From Callorhinchus milii (Eukaryota), in NCBI RefSeq assembly GCF_018977255.1, contig NW_024704742.1, positions 38,504,001-38,564,000 on the forward strand: 60,000 bases of DNA, in the 5' to 3' direction. The position numbers and the translations under genes were made by a program. Positions 53,469 to 60,000 of this stretch are shown here, one piece after another. The notes beneath the pieces were generated by a model. That model searched no databases, was not told the DNA's origin, and saw only the letters and a program-made list of their open reading frames with translations. Every line of letters starts with the position of its first letter. Positions within the stretch are counted from its first letter, which is position 1.

Positions 53469-54444
53469 TCGTGCGGGTGAGAATGCGGGCGGCAGATGTC
53501 AAACCACATCACTGTTAAGTGCTCCGAGATACTACTGATTTAGTTGTTGTTGTACTTGCCTTTCTCTGCTCGCCACCAATCCACCATCTCTGAGGAAGAG
53601 TCCCACTGAAAACGCTATCCTGTCTTTCTCTTTCAGATTCTATCGATAGGCTGTGCATTTCCACTTCTATTCCTTTCTATTCCTATTCCTTGGTTCCGTA
53701 ACAATCAGCAGAGCAGATTCCCACCTGAGCTGCATTTCAACCAGGGTCACAGATGTGAAATGATTCTGCTAAACCTACAGCACCACCCAGTGTCCCATTT
53801 ATGTTCTATTAATGCTGTGCATTTTAGCTCCTACCAATAAATGGTGTTGAGACAAAGGCAGAGTTCAGTTCAGCAGATACCAGTTCAGTGATATATTGAA
53901 ACCAGCATAATATTGGACTTTGAGCAGCCGTTTCTACTACATAGAGCATTAGTAGCCACACCATCAAGCAACTTGCAACCAACCCGCTGGCTGGAGCTGG
54001 GAGTGGGTGAGTGCTCCCTACATAGTGATCGGGTTACGGGAGGAAGGCTGGAGAGGCTTCCAGAAACAGTGCCCTGTAGTGCCTTCAAGAAATGCCCTCC
54101 CAATAATAAAATAATAATCATCTTTGCATTTAATATAGCGCCATTCGTGTTGGGTGGATTTCTCAAAGCGTTTCAAAAGATTTACTGTAAAGTTCGGTAT
54201 TTGTGCATTGGAGGGTTGTGCATTTGATCAGTCACTGGGCTCTTCTACTAAAAGGAAGCCTATCGATGAGCCTAGAGGGTTCGAAAGACATTCCCATCCA
54301 TGGGACAATGTGTCTGGGAGGAGCAGGTGTCCCTCCCTTTCTGTTGGCACTTGCTACAGGTGGTTTGAGTTATTTTGTTGCATTTGGTTCAATGATCAGT
54401 GCTCCAAGACGCTACCCCATGTGAGGGGCCCTCTTTATTCTCTA

Positions 54445-54913
54445 TATTCCGCATTCTCACCCGCACGAAACTCCGTTCCCCGATCACCACAGTCCTTGCC
54501 AGACTGCACTGGCTGCCTGTCCCAGAGAGGATTGATTTCAAGATCCTCACCCTTGTATTCAAGGTCCTGCACTCCTCTGTACCCCCCTACCTCTCTGACC
54601 TCCTCTCTCCTCAAAACAGTACCGTTGCCTTTGTTCCTCCGGGTCTGGCCTCCTCCTCGCCCCCCGAGTCCTCGGCTCCACCCTCGGCGGCCGTACCTTC
54701 AGCCACTATGCCCCGAGGCTCTGGAACTGCCTTCCTTCGTCTCGCTCCCTCTCTTCCCATTTTCAGGTCTCTGCTGAAGACCTTTCTTTTCGACCGCGCC
54801 TTTGGTCACCTTCCTCCCCCTCCCCCTGGCTCGGCCCCGGGATCCATTACTGTAAAGCGCTCTGCGACGCTGGCCGACCTGGAGGGCGCTATATAAATCC
54901 AAGTTGTTGTTGT
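54445..54913 (+). mobile_element. L2 LINE 3' fragment with (GTT)n tail
   Basis: [45 protein letters not shown] plus tail. Confidence 0.88.
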
Positions 54914-55084
54914 TATATAAATGAAGTTGTTGTTCTTGTCAATGGTTTGTTTACTAGTTATGATTGGTGTTGATAGTTTCTTCTGTGACACCCTCATGCC
55001 CGCTAAAAAATCTTTGTGCAAGTAACACCTTGTCGCTTTTGTTTCAAAAAGAAAGAAGTCAAAATTAGTAAACCGCACGCTAAA

Positions 55085-55156
55085 ATGAAGAAAATAAGCT
55101 TTTGGATGTGCATTCCCATTGCATTCCTGATTGTTGTTATGATTGCAATGATTAGT
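55085..55156 (+). pseudogene. TMEM150C-like first coding exon
   Basis: MKKISFWMCIPIAFLIVVMIAMIS versus human (recalled) [24 protein letters not shown]; donor GTAAGT at 55157. Confidence 0.7.
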
Positions 55157-55218
55157 GTAAGTTTACCCTCCTGATCCTACTATCCTGTGTGAACTAGTCT
55201 GCAATTTGTTTTATTTAG

Positions 55219-55266
55219 TTACAATAAAATAGAGGTTGGACTTGTTCTTCTCCCTCTGCTGAGGAT
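55219..55266 (+). pseudogene. TMEM150C-like second coding exon (48 nt)
   Basis: Flanked by ttttatttag| and |gtgagt; reads YNKIEVGLVLLPLLR in phase 2, versus recalled human YFIAVEDDKILPLNS (Y and LPL at identical spacing). Confidence 0.55.
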
Positions 55267-55783
55267 GTGAGTTACCTGTAGGTGGTTTGAAGCATTTGCA
55301 TTGATGCCAAACTAAATGGAATTAATATTGTTCAAATGTTTAAAATCCAGCTGATAATTGAGAAGTTTACTTCTTGTTAAAACTCCAAACAATTTATTTA
55401 AATTTAAATATCTTTTGTTAGTTTATTTTTATTAATATTAAGAATATCAATGCATTGTACACCTGACAATACATGCTGTGAAGCTTTGTACCTGTGTGTG
55501 AGTGTGTGTGGCTCTCCGTCTCTCTCTACATCGACATTGAGGCTTTCTCCTCATGGTTCATTCAGCGAGTTTATCCAGAGTATAGATGAGCCACGTGGAC
55601 TATGAAGATCCCAGGTTTGATCCCCAGTCTGTACTGAGTTATAACCTTTTTAGATTGGTATAGAAACCCCCATTATAATGAATTGACTGTTTCAGGTCCA
55701 TAAGCCGTGAGGGGGATAAAGCTAAATTGGCTGCCACAGTCACTTCCTGCAGGTTGCACATGTGCACTATGAGCAAATGTATC

Positions 55784-56040
55784 AGCCAGGCTCAGTTGGT
55801 AGCACTCTCGCCTCTGAGTCAGAACATTGTGGGTTCAAGCTTCACATTGGAACCCATATAGTCTATGCTGACCCTCCGATGCAGTGCTGGGGTTACGCCG
55901 CATTGTCAGACGTGACATCTTTCGGAAGAGATGTTAAACCAAGGTCCCGTCTGCCTGTTCAGGTGGATGTTAAAGATTCCATGGCACGATTCGAAAAGAG
56001 AAGGGAGTTTCTGACAGTGTCCGGGCCAACAATTCCCCCA
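55784..56040 (+). mobile_element. Deu-core SINE (head plus core)
   Basis: GGCTCAGTTGGTAGCACTCTCGCCTCTGAGTCAGAA...GTTAAACCAAGGTCCCGTCTGCCTGTTCAGGTGGATGTTAAAGATTCCATGGCAC. Confidence 0.8.
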
Positions 56041-56424
56041 AGTAACGACCATTTAACACTTCCCACAATCCAGTGTACTACAGCACTGCATTGGAGTATT
56101 AGTCCAGACTATGAAAACTGCTGATGTGGGCTTGAACCCACAACAACACCAACTTGCATTTATTTTGGCCCTTCACACAAGTAACATCTTGGAGTGTTTA
56201 AAATGAATCTTCTGATTGAGAAATGAGTGCTACCAGCTGAGCCAGGCTGCCTTGACATTTTGTAGTGTGTTTGGTGAACAGGTCCAACTCCAGCACATCT
56301 GGGGACCAGTCATTGTGTTAAAGTCACTAAATTCAGTGCATGCATTTATTTGTGCCATATTAACATTGTTAGCAAGTCACAACACTGGAAGATGGGTCAG
56401 GTAATAATAATCCTTACATTTGAT

Positions 56425-56840
56425 ACAACAACAACAAGATTACATTTGTGCAGCACCTTATCACATCGTCGAGATGTCTCAAAGTGCTTCACAGGATATA
56501 CTGTAAAGTGGATTGACTGTATTTTGTGGGCAAAACGTGCAGCCAGTTTGCTGTGGAGTGAGTGACCAATTTTTACTGGGGAATTTGTTGGTCAGGACAG
56601 TGGGAGAGTTACCCCTTTCTTTTCGAATGTGCCATAGGATCTTTAACATCCACCTAAGCAGGCAGATGGGACCTCGAATTAATGTCTCATCTGAAATGAC
56701 GATACCTCCAACAATGTATCACCGCCCCCCAGAACTGGAATGTCAGCTTAGACTATGTGATCCCAAGTCCCGACATGGGATTTGAACCCACAATCTTCTG
56801 ACTCAGAGACGAAAATGCTACTACTGCCCAAGGCTGACAG
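56425..56840 (-). mobile_element. Full-length Deu-core SINE
   Basis: Reverse complement of the same family, with tail. Confidence 0.8.
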
Positions 56841-58197
56841 TCAATAGACAGGAGAGGTCTCCAGCAACAGTAGCATGGAGAACCAGCATCCCAATGGAAT
56901 AATTCAGGTTTCACTACAAAAGGAAGGGAAGCCTAGAGAGGGGCCTAGAGGGAAATAAGAGAAAGAAGATGGGAATAAAATACTCTGGATATGTTTTATT
57001 TTGGGATCATTTTAGACACTTGCTAAATTTTGTTTTAAACGTATGTAATAGCAAGGCAAGAGCAAAGGATCTGTTCACTTGTTAGCACGTGAGTTAAATT
57101 TTTTTTGGCCACATATCTTAACCTACGTTACTTGGGCATGAATTTGTTTGAAGCAGTTGTGTGGTGATTGGGGGTAGCAGGGGTGGGGGCGGGAAGAAAG
57201 TGGGCAACTTGTTCCTCTGTACTTTCACTGCCATGTTCCCACTCTCCACAGCCACAGTGATCAGACTTGTCCCAAGTTCCGTGACTCGTCCACTCTGGAA
57301 CTAGGCGAGAGGTTGGGGTATTGCCTTTGGCTGCTGGGCTCGGGATTAGGGAATCTCTGACAGGGATTTGTCTAACTGATTGGTATCCAGTAACCTTTTG
57401 CTGGAAATTATGTATGTGTGTGTGTGGCTGTTGGGTGATAGAGGGGAGAGGGAAAGTAAACAGAATACCTCTAATACAACATCAGATTCATTATTTTGTG
57501 AGTCTATATCAACATCTCCATTATTGTAGTATGCGACTATCAGGAAGAAGGCGAACTAGATGGACCTCGGCCTTATTTCTTCTAGTATTTCCTGTGTTGC
57601 TATGTTCTATACTTCTGGTCCATTTGCTTTTCCAGTTTACATTTATTTAAAAAAATGCATAGGTTTCTAACTCTCTCCAGTGTCCAAGAAGATAAAGGCA
57701 CCAACCACCTAGTTCAGTAATCAGTGAGTCACATTAACCAGAAGGTGGCAGGTTTATAGTAATTCAGTTACAACTAAGATCAGGAACCATTTCTTCACAC
57801 AAAGGATTGTGAAGATGTGGAATGCTCTGCCCCAGAAAGCTATGGAGCCTGATTCAATAGGAATGTTTTAGAGAGAGGCATACAGACACTTGGGGATTAA
57901 AGGTATAAAGGGGTAAGGAGAAAATGTGGGGGATTGCGATTAAAAGATCTGACAATTGACTTGGGAGGAAGTGGGGGAAAAAGTTAGGGTATTAGCTCCT
58001 GATCACTATTGATCGATCATCTAAAACATAAATGTAAGGATTATACTCAACGTAAAAATTTATCTGCAGAAAAATTTGTTTGAATGGTGACTGCAGACAT
58101 AAGTAGATTTGGCTATTGTAGTGCATCACAGCCAAGCTCGATCATGTCTCCAGCCGTGTCCTTTCCCTTTCAGGTCAGGGAGCAATTATACCATCCG

Positions 58198-58525
58198 TAA
58201 TAATAATAATAATAATAATCCTTGCATTTGATATAGCGCTTTTCACGTCAGGAGGACGTCCCAAAGCGCTTCACAGAACACACTGTAAAGTGAATTGACT
58301 ATATTTGTGGGCGAACGCGGCAGCCAATTGCGCACAGCAATGTCCCACAAACAGTCGTAGAATGAAAATGACCAATTTATTATTGTTTTTGGTTTTGGAG
58401 GGATTATTATTAGGCGTGTGGAGTAAGGAAACTTGCCCAAGGTTTCGCCCTGACCTGCCTGGAATTGAACTCGGGTCTCTCACTTGCAAAGCGAGTGCTC
58501 TAACCACTGAGCTACAGGACTCCAC
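58198..58525 (-). mobile_element. Young full-length tRNA-Ala-headed SINE
   Basis: Intact A and B boxes and a long (TTA)n tail; nearly identical to 59103-59455. Confidence 0.9.
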
Positions 58526-58729
58526 AATGCCTCCCTGATCAGCTAACTCAGCACAGTCTCAGATGTGGATAGCAATATAAAGATTGTAAATGGTTATTTG
58601 ATGGTTGAGGACCTTAAACGAAACAGGAATGTTAGTGAGCCTCTGAATTATGAGTGATTTGTACTTGCACAGAGCTACAGTTTTGTGACACAAATGACAC
58701 AAACACACTGTTGACGGACATCCTTCCAG

Positions 58730-58907
58730 TTGTCCGTCAACAGTGTGTTACATAACATCAGTACCTACACAGCCTTTGGAGTTGGATTTATGACCTGTTG
58801 GACCAATTCTGTGCTGATATTCAAGACGAATTTCCAAATGGAAGGGCGAATAATCGGGATCTTCCGTACTTTCCTTTCGTTCACAGCAACAATAACCTTT
58901 ATCCTGT
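58730..58907 (+). pseudogene. TMEM150C-like internal exon (178 nt, open frame) ending in a U12-type donor
   Basis: ttccag|LSVNSVLHNISTYTAFGVGFMTCWTNSVLIFKTNFQMEGRIIGIFRTFLSFTATITFIL aligns without gaps to recalled human [59 protein letters not shown]; followed by GTATCCTT at 58908. Confidence 0.85.
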
Positions 58908-59102
58908 GTATCCTTCATCCGTGTGTTAAGAAAAAAGGCAACAGCATAGAAATCAGGACTCAAAGACTCATTTTCTGACCCGCTGACCTTGGAAGGGTGA
59001 GTTTTATCAGTTCCTAACTCTTTACCTTCTTCATTTCCAGGACCTTAACCCTGAATTTGTTTCTCCCTCTGTTTTCACTTGGGTCAACAATCTGCATGCT
59101 TT

Positions 59103-59455
59103 TAATAATAATAATAATCCTTGCATTTGATATAGCGCTTTTCACGTCGGGAGGACGTCCCAAAGCGCTTCACAGAACACACACACTGTAAAGTGAATTG
59201 ACTGTATATTTGCGGGCGAACGCGGCAGCCAATTGCGCACAGCAATGTCCCACAAACAGTCGTAGATTGAAAATGACCAATTTATTATTGTTTTGGGTTT
59301 TTGGAGGGATTATTATTAGGCTCTGTGTGGAGTAAGGAAACTTGCCCAAGGTTTCGCCCTCTGCCTGGAATTGAACTCAGGTCTCTCGCTTGCAAAGCGA
59401 GTGCTCTAACCACTGAGCTACAGGACTCCACAACCACTGAGCTACAGGACTCCAC
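59103..59455 (-). mobile_element. Young full-length tRNA-Ala-headed SINE with a duplicated 5' 24-mer
   Basis: Same family as 58198-58525; tandem AACCACTGAGCTACAGGACTCCAC at 59408-59431 and 59432-59455. Confidence 0.9.
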
Positions 59456-60000
59456 AGCCCAGCCTGGCATTCACTATCTTGTCTACTCATATTCATTTTA
59501 ACCTTCATGCAATGTTGCCAGATTGAGTGGGTTCACACCCAATTTGGTGTGTTTTTGTTGTACTATGTGTGAGAAAACAGCTTTGGGCGGTGCCTAATTT
59601 TTAAAGTTTTAATTTGAACCCTTTGACGACGTTTTCTTAGTTCCAAAAGCATTAACCTAAATTGGTCACTCTGATACCCATAGTAGGTAAGCAACACGTA
59701 ATATTAGGCTACTTTTGGGCTAGTATTTGGTTGACTTTGGGCTACAAAAGTATTTTAATTTCTGGCCAATCTGACTTTGTTGTGTACTGCATTATCAAAT
59801 GCTGCTGTTCATGCAGACAACAAAGGCGAGAGTTTGGTTCAGCAGCTGGCACTTGCAACTCTGGGTCATGAATGAATTTCTGCTGTTCATTCTATGTGTC
59901 ATGTGTAGCACACGGTGTTTTCAGCTTAAAGAAAGCAGTAGATGGATTTCATGTACTTAAGAAGAAAATTTATTAATTGCCAAAAGCAGTACAGTATCTG

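Larger units (their letters stand above)
55085..59871 (+). pseudogene. TMEM150C: TMEM150C (Tentonin-3)-like locus, highly diverged and probably disabled
   Basis: Several exon-like segments in the correct order resemble TMEM150C (55085-55156, 55219-55266, 58730-58907, remnant ~59629-59770). Position and orientation downstream of SCD5 match human synteny. Phase clash at intron 1 and frameshifted remnants. Confidence 0.7.

Noticed and set aside
55753..55785. 33-nt AG-preceded segment ending ...KCIS as the TMEM150C 'PYIS' micro-exon
   Set aside because: There is no GT donor, similarity is limited to the last residues, and it appears to lie within a dispersed repeat also seen at ~30440-30650 and ~45880-46130, so it is probably coincidental.

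Overview
This is vertebrate genomic DNA, most likely a cartilaginous fish, judging from the L2/CR1 LINE and Deu-type SINE content (an inference, not proven). The window holds one complete, intact 5-exon gene on the + strand: stearoyl-CoA desaturase 5 (SCD5). Its CDS runs 6829-43170, splices to 978 nt (325 aa) through GT-AG introns, and has all three histidine boxes. A 6.3 kb GT-rich compound minisatellite precedes it, and a probable ~4.9 kb 3' UTR follows. Downstream (about 55085-59870, + strand), where TMEM150C lies relative to SCD5 in human, I reconstructed exon by exon a strongly diverged TMEM150C (Tentonin-3)-like locus that looks disabled. It has a phase clash at intron 1, degenerate or frameshifted exons, a retained U12-type donor, and a perfect 19-bp hairpin that places a splice acceptor in its loop. 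The rest is mobile-element debris: a young 5'-truncated L2, many L2 and CR1 fragments, at least two SINE families sharing the L2 3' tail, an R4/Dong-like fragment and MITE-like palindromes. Most ORFs in the supplied track are spurious (low-complexity or TE-derived). TE boundaries are approximate, and comparisons to human proteins are from memory and need alignment.
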